Shown here piece by piece: positions 1 to 12,611 of a stretch of 64,000 nt of DNA. The notes below the pieces were generated by a model, which saw only the letters and a program-made list of their open reading frames with translations, was not told the origin of the DNA and did not search any database. The DNA is from Nitrospirales bacterium (GTDB taxonomy: Bacteria > Nitrospirota > Nitrospiria > Nitrospirales > UBA8639), in NCBI GenBank assembly GCA_965203295.1, contig CBDBCZ010000009.1:96001-160000 (forward strand), given 5' to 3'. Each line of letters starts with the position of its first letter. Positions within the stretch are counted from its first letter, which is position 1. The translations under genes and the position numbers were made by a program.

Positions 1-2880
1 CTTTGGCAGAGGAGCATCACCTCTAGGAGTGGCCCCCTTTCGAGGCTCAAGGTGTGTGTGTGTGTGTGGAGGGAGTGGAACAAAAATATCAGGAAGCACA
101 TTTAATTCGATATATTAATTACTCATCGCTAATGCTCTTTCCGCATTCTTGATCACTCCCTCCTGACACACACACACACATGGTGAGTGAAGCCCACCAT
201 GAGTGTATGCAGTTTATAACCGTGAATGTCCCATCTGGTACCCTGAGAACAAAACTATATTGATAGCAGAACTTACCCAAAAATGAACCAAACTTTTTAT
301 ACGAATCCATATAACTCCACAATCACAATTACTGCGCATCCATGCCGTTGATTCAGAAATAGGTATGCCAATGCATTTGCGGTGTACAGGACCATGCATG
401 CATGCACGTACACACACGTGCACATAATTGCAATTTGCAGTTACCACATGCCCATGGCAGACTAATGAAAACTTATGTGGCCAACGTAAAATCGTGTATT
501 GAATAGGAGCATACCATCCCAGTTCATATCTTATAGTCCACCTGTCATTAGGTGATATTGTTGGGATGTGCTCAGTGGGCACGTATGTCTGTAGTAATGA
601 TATTAACTCACACACTCAACGTTACTCTTTCAAGCATGAGCGCTACATTATCTAAATTAAAAGCCTGGAGACATCCCCTTAGCAAGGAAAGCAGAGAGAG
701 GCCGGACTACGCTGTACTGAAAACAAACTCCAAACCATAGGGGTAGCCAGACATAAGTGGAAGAGAGCAGCAGATACCACAGGGCAGAGGGAGATCATGC
801 AGGCTCATTGTCCCATTGTTCAAGTTTCATACACACTTGGTTACCTTGCATGGCTACATCATATTTCCATTGATAATGCACACACGCCCTCGCTCCACGA
901 TGATCACGACAGTACCCTGTTGTACATTGGAACCCCTCTTAAAGGACGCCCCTGAAATAAGGACACCTCTCTATACAGGACACTTTACAAGGTACCCAAG
1001 GTGTTCACATTAGAGTGGTTCCAATGTATATAACTGCCTGAGTGCATGATTACTTCACTGTATTGTAAACCAGCATACAGCCAGCCCACTCAAAGCCATG
1101 TGGGTAGATGGGCAATGGCCTGATTAGCTATGTGCAACAGGAAATTTTTATACTGTAGGCACGGCAACTACATGGTGCAATGTAAACAGAAGTTAGACTC
1201 ATACTTGTCCAGAGGAGGTAGGATATGGTTTTCACAAGTAGGTTCATATTGGTGTAGAATGACCGATCTCAACATGTTCCCCAAAATTAAAGTTCATTGG
1301 ACAGCTGGTTAGCAACAGTTTTTTGCATCAGGACTATCCTCCAATGATGGTACAGGGGATATTGTAATGGTATGCATTTATAACCCCCAATTGTTTTGTA
1401 TAATAAACTCGTTATAATTAATTAAAGTTGAAAGTTTGGGAGCTATAATTCTATTCCATCCCATCCCATCCCACTTATCCCATCCCAATCCTAAAACCTT
1501 ACGTACCCTGTTGTTACCATGGTTATTGTGTAGGAATTTGCTGTTGTTGCTATCCCATCCTCAGTGCCCACTCACCCCTCAATGCCCTCCATTCACCCCA
1601 TACACAACTACATGTGTGAAGGGAGTGGATCAAAAATGCAGAAAGCACACGCTATTAATTTACTCATTGCTAATGTTCTTTCCGCATTCCTGATTACTCC
1701 CTCCACACACACACAAAATGATGGCACCATGACCGTACACATGGTTCCTAGCCAGGAAAGCAGAGAGAGGCCAGACTACACTGTACTGAAAACAAACTCC
1801 AGACCATAGGGAAAGCCAGGCATGAGTGAAAGAAAGCAGAAGATACCACAGGGCAGAGGGAGATAATGTCCCATTGTCCCATTGTTCAAGTTTCATACAC
1901 ACTTGGTTACATTGGCTATATCATATTTCCATTGATAACGCACACACACACTCGCCCCACAATCCTGCATTAACCTAGTACAATGAAACCCCTCTTAAAG
2001 GACATCCCTGAAATAAGGACACCTCTCGATCTATACAGGACACTTCACAAGGTCCCCAAGTTGTCCACATTAGAGGGGTTCCACTGAATACAACTTCCCG
2101 AGAGCGTGATTACTTCACTCTGTTATAAACTATCTAGCTTCCATGCTCCAAATTCAACAGCTATAGCTGAACCAATGAGGCTACATTAATTAGGCATCAA
2201 GTCCAGTTCTTGTGCACTCCTTGTTTGCCATATAGCTATACATCCTGTGGCTGCTTATAAGGAAACAGGAAATTCTTCACAAAAGCCATGGCAACAACTG
2301 GTTACCTGGTTACAGGTGCAAAGTACATGTGTGTTCAGAGGGTACAGGAGTATATAAGAATTATATTACCTAATCAGAAAGACCATCTTGATGGAGAATT
2401 GCCAAGCTCAAGCTAATCCATGAGAGAAACTCGTCGGAGAGCAGGTTAGTACCAGTTAATGTGCATCACGAGATCAGAGGAAGTAGGACACAATTCATAT
2501 AGGGGATAGTATCTCACCAACTGGTCCACACTGAAATGACCTGCAGTTTACCCCACCATCATTGGAGGAAAGTCCAGAATGTTGTTCATTGTACGTACCT
2601 CCCCAATGAGTTTTCTCTTGGACTCAGAATTAGATGTAACAGTCTGTATGGACCTGCTGGTGATCTACTCCACAAAGCCCCTGTGGGCATTAGTAGAACG
2701 TACATGTAGTATACTGTTTTTGTACCCGGCTTTTGCCATGGCTACTGTATAATAATTTCCTGTTGCAGCTGATTAGGTAAGCTGTGCAGGTGGTATCCTT
2801 GTTCACAATACAGTGAAGTAATCATGCACTCAGGTAGTTGTGTATGAGGTGAATAGAGGGCATTGCGGGGTGAGTGGGCA
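1..2880 (+). repeat. Segmental duplication unit A
   Basis: Recurs with indels at about 13947-15620 and about 22620-24608, and in part at 63680-64000. Confidence 0.85.
925..1026. mobile_element. ~100-bp Tc1/mariner(pogo)-type MITE
   Basis: TA|cattggaacccctct ... agagtggttccaatg|TA. Related copies at about 1981-2086, 15476-15580, 22673-22774 and 23699-23805, with a partial copy at 14488-14527. Confidence 0.7.
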
Positions 2881-3582
2881 TGTGTATGCAACCGAGATTT
2901 GATCTAGCCAATGTGGTCCATGTGCGGGATATGAGCCCATGTAACATTTAGCCAATCATCATAGAGTACGGTAGTAGGCTCATCTAAGTAGCTTTCACGC
3001 CAGAGAAATGTAGCCGCTCCGGCACAGCACGTGTTATGATTACGTAATTGTCTGTGACAAATGAATTGCGTTCTAATTTTTGCAAGCTTAAAAAAAAATC
3101 GCATTCGCATTTAATAGATTATCGCGTTTAAAACCGGTCCTATGATATAAGAATTAAATTACCTCATCAGAAAGACCATCTTGATGTAGAATTGCCAATC
3201 TCAACCTAAAGTTCATAAGATTAACTCGTCGGAGAGCAGCTGCAGTTAATGTGCATCACAAGATTAGAGGAGATAGTCCATATAGATAGTCCATGTGCGG
3301 GATGTGAGCCCATGTAACATTTAGCCAATCACCATGAAGTACGGTAGGTAGTAGTCTCGGCCTGTGACTTTTTCAGTCACACAAATTTTTTTACAGGGCC
3401 TGGGACCTAGAGTCAGTTGCATGAGGCCAAGAGTAGAAAGGTAGTTTATATTTTCACTGTAACAAATTTTGTAATTAACAATTGTTAATTACAAATTTGC
3501 AGCTGTGGAATTTAAACTCCACACTAGAAACAGTCTGTCACTATAAAATAAGCAACTTTAATAAAGGGATGGAAATCTGACA

Positions 3583-4028
3583 AACAAGTCTGACATTTCA
3601 TGTCTAAAAAACCAGCCGGATGCCTTTCCCGTACAATACACACAACTCAGCTTAGGCCAAGCTACTAAACCACAGCTGTAGAGCCAGAGATACGATATTC
3701 CTAGAGCGGTACAGCGAAAGTGCTGACTCAGCAGTTTCGTCATGCGCCTCCAGTTAGTAGCTATATGCCAAGAAATCAGGATCTTTACGGCTACCTACCA
3801 CGTTTTCGCCATCTAGGCAACACAAAACTACCTTCATTTGCTGTAGCTTGGCCTGCAAACCTCCAAAAGCTGCTATGCACTGCAGTTGCATAGTAACGTA
3901 TGACGTAAAATATTGCGCACGTGATAAGTGCGGACGCACAGACAAACAAACAAACAAACAGACACGGAAAGCGTAAAGCAATCTTAGTACCAGCTATTCG
4001 TGCGCTGTGCGCGCTCCGGCTAGTAAAA
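3583..4028 (-). mobile_element. Helentron-associated non-autonomous element (HINE/DINE-1-like)
   Basis: On the minus strand: T-run, 5' subterminal IR actagccgga within a stem, (GTTT/GTCT)n microsatellite, 3' subterminal IR tccggctggt, stem-loop gacat-gaa-atgtc, and end CTTGTTT. A second copy at 17617-18072 has identical boundaries in different flanks. Confidence 0.7.
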
Positions 4029-6549
4029 AAATAAACACCCACTTTGTAGGTTAGACTCCTACATATATACATGTACTCAAACACACAACTACAGTAACCA
4101 CCAAGCAGTCAAAACAGGCTATTGCAATGAGCTGAACTAGCTACGATGTCATGATCTCCTCACACTGTAAAAATAAATGGATTACTTTAAGGCTACTATC
4201 TCAGTTGCAGGTTTATCCATGTGTACATGTAATTATCTACAAGTACACATCAGTTGTGTGCTAATAATAACGAGAAACATGTGTTCTTGACGAATACACA
4301 TTTGTAGTAACAGTAGGTTGCAAGGTAAACAACAGAATGGGCTGGGGAGATGGAGGTATAACTCCTCCAAATCCCTAGCTCATACTCCCAGTCTGACAAC
4401 CCACACTAATTGCATTCCTACTAAAATTAAACCTCTTCCTTATTGCTAAATAATACAATCTAGCTCATGCAGCAATAGCTAATGCACAATTAAAAAGCAC
4501 TTTGCCAAAAAGTGCAAAAACAAGTCAGTGACACATAGTAGTGTTTTTTAGGGAGGTCTATGTGGGTGTGTTTGGTAAAGTGTAGATTGAGTGTTGTCAA
4601 CTTTGTTGAGTGTGTTGTATTGGATTGCATTAATTGATTAAACATTGTCATAGTTCCAGATATTGTACTACCGTGGCTACTACATATAATACAAATAGTA
4701 ATTCCAGAACCACCAGACCCAACCCCCTCACAACAGTAGCCACCATCCTCAAATACGCCTGGTTCAGCCACTGATATCCTGTGGCTAATAATTCTAAGTA
4801 CCCAACCTCCTATAGACAAACATTCCAGTGTGACATCTAGCTGTAAGTTGTGGAAAAACGAATAATAGTACACAATTGATTGGTACATTCCACATGAACC
4901 CATTGCTATGGAATTGTTACCCACTCAAGAATATCAATCATAGCCCACCTGTCATTAAGTGATAATTAGCGTTAATTGATATTTAATGTGCTCAGTTGGC
5001 ACGTCAGTGTGTCTGTAGTAATGAGTTTTAGTGGCTTCATGTAGAGCAATTAAGGAACACACACACTCACGTCCATTTTTCGTGACTTGGGAATACGACT
5101 ACCATTGTTGAGATGTGCTCAGTTGGCACGTAAGTATGTCTGTAGTAATGAGTTTTAGTGGCTTCATGTAGAGCATTTAACTTAAAGGAACACACACACT
5201 CACGTTCATCTTTCGTGACTTGGGAATACGACTATGTGCACACACATGTATGCACTTGCACACATTCACCCCACAATCATGCTTGACACTGCCCTACATT
5301 CACCTCATGCACCAATACCTGAGTGTATGATTACTTCACTGTATACCTGCACAGCGTCCCCACTCAATGCATCCTAATTAGCTGAGAATGGGATAGCAAT
5401 ATCAGGAAATTCCTACACAATATCCATGGCAACAAGAGGAGTACCATGTCAGTGGGAAGTTATATGCACACACTTCCATAATGTAATAGGTGAAGAGAGT
5501 TTCAGATAGGAGAATGATATTCTGATCAGGCAGCAGCTATAGGTAACTAGATAACTTAGCAGAAATACTATGACCAGAGGTGAACTTTGACATACTCCAT
5601 TGTCAATTTGTCACATAATGTACTGTAAACCTGATTGCCTAATTGGTTACACGTCACTATGCATTCTAAAATAGTCACTTGATGAGGTAATGCAGTATGA
5701 CTGGAGGTGAACTTCGACACACTCCATTGTCACATAATGTACTGTATACCCGATCGCCTAATTGGTTACATATCTGAATGCACTTGTACAGGCAAGAGGT
5801 TTAATGAGATGGAAACTCAGGGGTATAGGTCAACCACACTTCTTTTTCTTACTGTGCTCATTTTTGGATGGTTCTGTATAAGAAACAGTGAAATGGATGG
5901 GCTATAACTGTAGACGTTTTTGTGTGCATGTGTATGTAGTAACCTAGTTTAAGTAATTAACTAGCTACTACCTGATCAGAATGTCGTATTCCTGTTGAAA
6001 AGTAACAGGCCCGTTGGAGGCCTAGTGAACGTCGGTGAGCACTACAGCAATTCACATCTTACAACCCACATGTCTTGTCCAGACATCCTCAGTGGGCACA
6101 TGAGTATGTCTGTATGGTAATGGCTTATTCATTAAGTGGCTTCTTGTAGAGCAATTAAGGAACATGGGCAACTTGGAATACGTACATTCTATAAATTCCC
6201 ATCATCACAATGACATCACGAAATAGTTTAGGGACGTTCCCATAGCAATTAGCAGCCAAGAAAGCAGATACAGGCCAGACTACACACCTTGTTGCCATAG
6301 CTTCATATCCTGTGGCTAACTATAAGTACCCGACTCCTACACACACGTGCCAGTGTATTAATAGTGTTTGCAGGCTACGACATTTAGCTATAAGTTGTGG
6401 AAATATTATCACAGAATTGATTGGTACAGTACTCTCTTCCGTAAACCCACTGTTATGCAATATTTAAAATTGTTACCCACCCAAGGATACCTATGACCAA
6501 ATGTGTATTATTTTATGTTAGAAGAGCTTCCGCATCTTGATTTCAGAAC

Positions 6550-6555
6550 TTTTAT
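6550..6555 (-). terminator. Candidate AATAAA polyadenylation signal, paralog 1
   Basis: AATAAA about 270-280 nt past the stop, conserved in paralogs 3 (31617-31622) and 6 (54018-54023) but not in 2. Confidence 0.45.
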
Positions 6556-6826
6556 TGCTTGAAAAAAATCTGATAATGACAAACAAGAGAAACAGCGACA
6601 CCAACAAATAGGTTAACACTAGTAACTATCACAAACTGCAGTATAAAACCAAGGGACTGTAAATAAAAATATTTAGCCAAGGGCCAGCCCAACCCATGAC
6701 AGGGAAAAAACTATGGTGGACAAAAAAAACTATAGGTCAGCTGAAAAAAACTCACCATAGAAAAACCCAAACTATAAGATTACAACACACTACTGTAGCT
6801 ACATTTAATTTACAACACTCAAGTAA

Positions 6827-7918
6827 TTATTGCACAAAAATCTCAATCAGTTCAATGGGAGTGTCCTCATGACCGATCCCCTCATCGCCACACATTCTCA
6901 ATTCAATATCGTCACTTGTAGGCTCAGTTAGAATTTTGCAAAAGTAGGGTGGATCATTCAGCTCGCAGCAAGTGCTTCCTGACCCACAGTCCTCTCCATC
7001 CCAGAGTGGGTCACCATCAGGGTAAAATAGACCAGCAGTCCAACCACCAGTAATTCCAGTCTCACAGAAGTAGTCCTGCCCCACGAAAGATGGAATGGAT
7101 TGCGTACTTTGACTACTGGTGCAAGGACAGACCCACTGAGAACTCAAACCAACATCCAGCTCCGTGATTGAAGCAGCAAATGTCCAAACATGCTCTTTCT
7201 CTGTTCCACGTGTGATAACCACTCCATCCACATAGGGGTCCTCTATTCTAGTGAAGCGTGAGAGGTTGTAGGCCCAAAATGCATCAGGGTGCCCAAGCTG
7301 GTAGCCTATTATTCTGCCACAAATACGAGAAAATGAGATGTTGTAAGTACTGAAAGAGACGGAGCTACAGCCACCGGATCCAAAGCCAGAATTTGGCACA
7401 GTTTCATTGGTTCTTCCACACGTTCTCACAGGCTCTGCGATCTCCCTCCATGCTGGTGGACACTGGTGGGTAGGGTCAGTCATGTTGAGGAAGGCCACAC
7501 GAGACCATCCTCCAACACTAGCACTGCTACAACTACACTCCCTGGTCATGTCGCAATAGACCTGAACAGCTGTTCCATTAGAGCTTGCGATCCAGTAGTA
7601 CTCTGACGGGATTTGGGGGTCGCACTGTGACACTTCAAGACAGGATGATGCCGGATTCTCCTGGTCTTGACCTCGACAACGTCTGTCAAAGATATTGCGA
7701 ACAGTGTTCAAAATTTCTTCATCAATTTCATCTCTGGCCATCTCCAGTTGCTCCTCAGGAGGGCAGACCTGCCCCCCTCCCTCCAGTACTGTAGCAGAGT
7801 AACTCACTGGTAGTGAGCTGTCGTCATGCTGGCTAGTCACACCTTCCTGGCATGAAGTGAGCTGAAGTTCAGCAGCTAGAACAAGTGCGAGAACTGTGTA
7901 CAAAACTTTACTCCTCAT
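6827..7918 (-). CDS. Secreted Cys-rich protein with fibrinogen/intelectin-like (YCD..GGW) N-terminal module, paralog 1 (363 aa, intronless)
   Basis: Uninterrupted ORF. The track start at 7942 is TTG; the first ATG is at 7918 (MRSKVLYTVLALVLAAELQLTSC, signal-peptide-like). Motifs NPASSC..PSEYYWI..VYCDM..GGWSRVA, then YQxGHPDAF, YVDGV, CPC, DYFCETG, DPLWDG, EDTPIELIEIFVQ. TATATAA lies about 60 bp upstream. Three other intact paralogs are in the window. Confidence 0.9.
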   Translation of the reverse strand: MRSKVLYTVLALVLAAELQLTSCQEGVTSQHDDSSLPVSYSATVLEGGGQVCPPEEQLEMARDEIDEEILNTVRNIFDRRCRGQDQENPASSCLEVSQCDPQIPSEYYWIASSNGTAVQVYCDMTRECSCSSASVGGWSRVAFLNMTDPTHQCPPAWREIAEPVRTCGRTNETVPNSGFGSGGCSSVSFSTYNISFSRICGRIIGYQLGHPDAFWAYNLSRFTRIEDPYVDGVVITRGTEKEHVWTFAASITELDVGLSSQWVCPCTSSQSTQSIPSFVGQDYFCETGITGGWTAGLFYPDGDPLWDGEDCGSGSTCCELNDPPYFCKILTEPTSDDIELRMCGDEGIGHEDTPIELIEIFVQ

Positions 7919-7979
7919 TGTGACCAAACAGCTTGTGTCCAACTATGTGAGAATGTGATCGTTGTGACTGGGACGTGCC

Positions 7980-7986
7980 TTATATA
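7980..7986 (-). promoter_or_regulatory. TATA box of paralog 1
   Basis: TATATAA at a similar distance upstream of the ATG in paralogs 1, 3 (33011-33017) and 6 (55436-55442), with variants in 2 and 5. Confidence 0.7.
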
Positions 7987-9304
7987 CTCTAGAAATGGGA
8001 TATAAAGTACCAAATTAAGACACGTTCCAGTAGAGAGAGGAGGACATGTACAAATTAATTGATGGTGCCACTGAATACAGTACAGTGTGTGGCTGGCAAT
8101 TTATTTAATCAGTAGCTTTACTGGAGCACAAACACAGCAGCTGGAATGATACACACATTCAATTGCAAGAAATGCATTATGCATTCTAATAATAGTCACT
8201 TGATGAGGTAATGCTAACACTGTAGTAATAGGCACTGAATACCATGGCAAACTCCAGACTACCAATCAGACGTATTAGCCACCTTACAGCCTACAAGAAA
8301 TTAAATTAAGCCACGCATTAGCTCTTGTGATATTTTAAACTGCATTGAGGAGTCATAATTCATTACAGTCTGTAAATCTGGATATGACACGAGGCTTTTA
8401 GCACCCTCTTATTACGCTGTTCGCATTATACACTGCTAATACCTGTGTGTGTGTGTGTGGGGGGAGGGGGGTTATTAGGGAGAGAAAATAATAAAGAAAG
8501 GGCTGTGGCAGAGTTCTTGTCCATTACGTTATGAGTTACTGAGTTTATGGTTTGATTAGCTGTATTATGCACACATGCCTGGCCCAGTGATGTGTGAGGT
8601 CCACCATGGGCATATACATGCAGCTTATAGCTGTGACCTATCCCATCTGGTACCCTGTAGCTTAGTCTCATACCCAGATCCCAACCCTAACTTTATTCTG
8701 ATTTATAGACACACCTCCTCAGGAATCACAGCAGATTGAAATTGTGTGTATGGGAGGTGTTTCTTGTTGAAACTAAAATTAAACTTTTCTTCAGTATCAG
8801 ACTAAATCTAATTGGCTATGTAAAGCCACACTAAAAACACACTAGCTTATGTATTATGTCTGTAGCAGTTCACATCTTACAACCCACCTGTCTTTTATTG
8901 AGACGTGCTCAGTGGGCACATGAGCATGTCTGTAGTATTGAGTAGTATTGAGTTTAAGTGGACTTCGTGTAGAGCAATTAAGGAACACACACATTCATGT
9001 CAATCTCACGTGGATTTTTGGAGTATGAGCAATTTGGGAAAACATTCTAATACATTAGCAATGAAGTGGTTAGTCTGCACATCTCCCTCTCAGTCTGCCC
9101 TGTGGTGTCTGCTTCACTTAATAGTTCTGATTAGCATGGTACCACAGCTGGAAATAGCTACGTATAAATAGCTACATCACTTTCCCTGTAACTGAATTAC
9201 ATACTTTTCCTGTAACTCAATTTATGAGAATATAAATGCTCTAAGATAATATTTGAGATTTAGTTTATTACTATTCCTGTAACTGGGTTCCTGAGAATAC
9301 AATT

Positions 9305-9407
9305 TACACGCACACGCACACGCACACGCACACGCACACGCACACGCACACGCACACGCACACGCACACGCACACGCACACGCACACGCACACGCACACG
9401 CACACGC
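9305..9407. repeat. (CACACG)n microsatellite
   Basis: Direct reading. Confidence 0.95.
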
Positions 9408-9848
9408 ATATATTATATTATGTCTGTAAACACTACAGCAGTTCACATCTTACAACCGACCTATCTTTTATTGAGACGTGCTCAGTGGGTACGTGAGCAT
9501 GTCTGTAGTATTGAGTTTAAGTGGACTTCGTGTAGAGCAATTAAGGAACACACACACTCACATTGATTTTTGAAGTATGAGCAATTTGGGAAAACATTCT
9601 AATACATTAGTAACATTGCAATGAAGTGGTTAGTCTGCACATCTCCCTCTCATTCTGCCCTGTGGTGTCTGCTTCACTTAATAGTTCTGATTAGCATGGT
9701 ACCACAGCTGTACATTACTTTTCCTGTAACTGAATTACTTTTCCTGTAACTCAATTTATGAGAATATAAATGCTCTAAGATAATGTTTGAGATTTAGACT
9801 AGTAACTGTATTACTTTTCCTGTAACTGGGTTCCTGAGAATAAAATTT

Positions 9849-10076
9849 ACACGCACACACGCACATGCACGCACGCGCACGCGCACACGCACACGCACAC
9901 GCACACGCACACGCACACGCACACGCACACGCACACGCACACGCACACGCACACGCACACGCACACGCACACGCACACGCACACGCACACGCACACGCAC
10001 ACGCACACGCACACGCACACGCACACGCACACGCACACGCACACACACACGCACACACACACACACACACACACAC
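9849..10076. repeat. (CACACG)n/(CA)n microsatellite in a local tandem duplicate of about 8860-9410
   Basis: Direct reading. Flanks 9430-9850 repeat 8860-9305. Confidence 0.95.
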
Positions 10077-10308
10077 TACAATAGTGTGTGAGGCCCACAT
10101 GGTCATAATCATACCTGCAGCTAATTGCTGTGGTTTTTCCAATCAGGTGTCCTGTGTATGTACCATCTTAGTCTCATACCCAGATCCCATCCCTCACTAG
10201 ATGGTCTGCCAATTAACATTGCACGGGTAGCTCAGCCTTCATTAAACTCTTTCAGATAATTGATTAGAAATTTTGGGTGAAGCAACGTGCTATCGGCTCA
10301 ACGATCTC

Positions 10309-10815
10309 AGCTTGTGTACAACTGTTTTAGAGTGTGATTGTTGTGACTGGGACTTGCCTAGCTTATATACTCTAGGAATGAGATTAAAGTACCACCAAAT
10401 AAATTTTAAGTTCCAGTAGAGAGAAGTGGACATATACAAATTATTAGCTGGTGCCACTGAAGATTAAAACAGTAGAGCATGTGGCTGGCAATTTCTTCAA
10501 TCAGTAGCTTTACTAGAGCACACACACAGCAGCTGGAATGATACACATTCCTAAGATATTTATTCTCATGAATTCAATTACAGGAAAGCCACCACAAATT
10601 CTAATAATAGTCACTTGATGAGGTAATGCACCATAACTATCACTGTAGTAATTATAGGCACTGAATGCCATGGCAAACTCTAGGCTACCAGATGTATTAG
10701 CCACCTTACAGCTTACAAGAAATTAAAGTTAAGCCACCCAGTATCTCTTGTGGTATGTTAAACTGCATTGAGGAGTCACAGTCTGTACACTGCCAATCTG
10801 GATATGTCACGAGGA
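10309..10815 (-). promoter_or_regulatory. Orphan copy of the family promoter/upstream region without a CDS
   Basis: Homologous to 7930-8395, including the 5' UTR and TATATAA (10363-10369). Homology stops just before the ATG. Confidence 0.7.
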
Positions 10816-11897
10816 CTGAAGGAAGGACAAGAGTTACATACTACACTTCAGCTTATTATGAACCACACTGTGTTGTTGGCCACATGGCCACATGGCCATG
10901 ATGAAATACCATTACCTGATTAGCTACAACAGGAAATTCCTATACAGTAGTCATAGCAACAACATGGTACACTGTAAATAGAACAGTTAGGCTCTTGTGG
11001 ACCTGCTGGTGAGGTATAATGAAAATAGTGTGAGAGGTGTTCTTGATTGCCTACCTCATGATGGCTTCCACTAGCACCTTATTACTGTACCTGTGGTGTC
11101 TCCACTCCGGCTCATTATGGCCAATTCATCACTCTCTCACATTTGCGCATTTTACACTGCTGATGCCTCATTACCAGACCAACTTTCATTCTGAATACTG
11201 TAGAATGTATGATTTCTACATCTACTGTATATATATGAAGTTACAGAAAAAGCACTTTGCCAACACTGCTCGTGTAGGGACGCACTTCCACCCAAAAAAC
11301 TATTCCCCAAACACCAATGGTCACGCCTTTTTTATACGGCAATTGGTTGCGCCTACAGCTTGAATACGGACATACGCGAGCGCTCGAGTATGATACGAAT
11401 CTTTTATTCAACATGGAGCTTATAGAAGATATAGAAAGCATACTGGAGTATACGCAGAGAAACACCCGTGTCATTACTACAGCAATCAGCCACGCCAACA
11501 GCTTGCATACGGCGTTACATGAACACGATCTACATGCTGTTTCCAGTCTGCAGGGTCCAGGAGCGCCACCTGGTGCCATGTGGTCTGCTGGAAATATCAG
11601 AGTGATTTCATTGGACTTTCTTATTGTCTTTACATTCCATGTCACAGCAGCTGTTACCAGTGTCCTAATTTAGGGATCTCAGTCAGAATCAATGAAAATA
11701 GTGTGAGAGGTGATCTTGATTGCCTACCTCATAATGGCTTCCACTAGCACCATACAAATGAGGTGTCTTCACTCTTGCTCATCATAGCCATTTGTTTCTA
11801 TTTATCACTCTCTCACATTTGCGGCCACTTTTTACAGTACACAGTACAAGTGTGTGTTCGGTGTGATGTTATATATTCCACTGCCACCCTCATGCAG

Positions 11898-12007
11898 GGA
11901 GAAAGACGAAGACCTCTACCTCGACAAGGTCAGCAAGTCCTTTGACCCCGGCCAGGTGTCACTGCTGTCGGCAACACACTTCTCTCAGACTGGGAGCAGC
12001 GTACCAG
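11898..12007 (+). pseudogene. Orphan exon-like segment (EKDEDLYLDKVSKSFDPGQVSLLSATHFSQTGSSVP)
   Basis: Flanked by a catgcAG acceptor and a GTcagt donor, with an open frame here. Copies at about 49620, 62421 and 63024 carry frameshifts or stops, and one at 63659 is truncated. Confidence 0.45.
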
Positions 12008-12495
12008 GTCAGTGGCTGCTAGTGTACCACTGGGTAGCCCAAAGGCTGAAACTCACAGTGTGGTGGTCATTGAATGCGTGCTCCTGTAATAGTGTATACA
12101 TACATGTATATATTGAGAGAAAAATGAGTATGAAAATACAGGATTTGTGCAGGCAACATGCACGTTCACAGCTGTATGTTCTTATTAAATTCTTGGCAGA
12201 TTGAAAGCCACTTGTGTTTTTAGCAGGTGACTCAAAGAAGCCTATTGTAGGTGGATTATATTATGAGTATAGTAGACTGGGTCCCGTTTGTAGAATGTAG
12301 TGCAAGGTATGTCTCTGCTAGAGACTTCTAGTTTGAAAAGTTCCTGGGTGGTGTTTAGACATGACATGTCAGACTTGTTAAGTAGACACAAATGTACCTG
12401 AGGTTGAACAGAGTCATGTACCACCGTGTCACAGGTAGGGCAGTTCTTGCTTGTTAGATATAAATCTTTTTATGCTGTCAATGACGCCCATGCAC

Positions 12496-12611
<116 letters not shown>

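Noticed and set aside
6827..7918. Fibrillar collagen C-propeptide (COLFI) or a named gene such as intelectin or ficolin
   Set aside because: Only the NPAxSC..YWI..VYC start resembles these. There are no Gly-X-Y repeats and the rest cannot be matched by eye, so no gene symbol is given.
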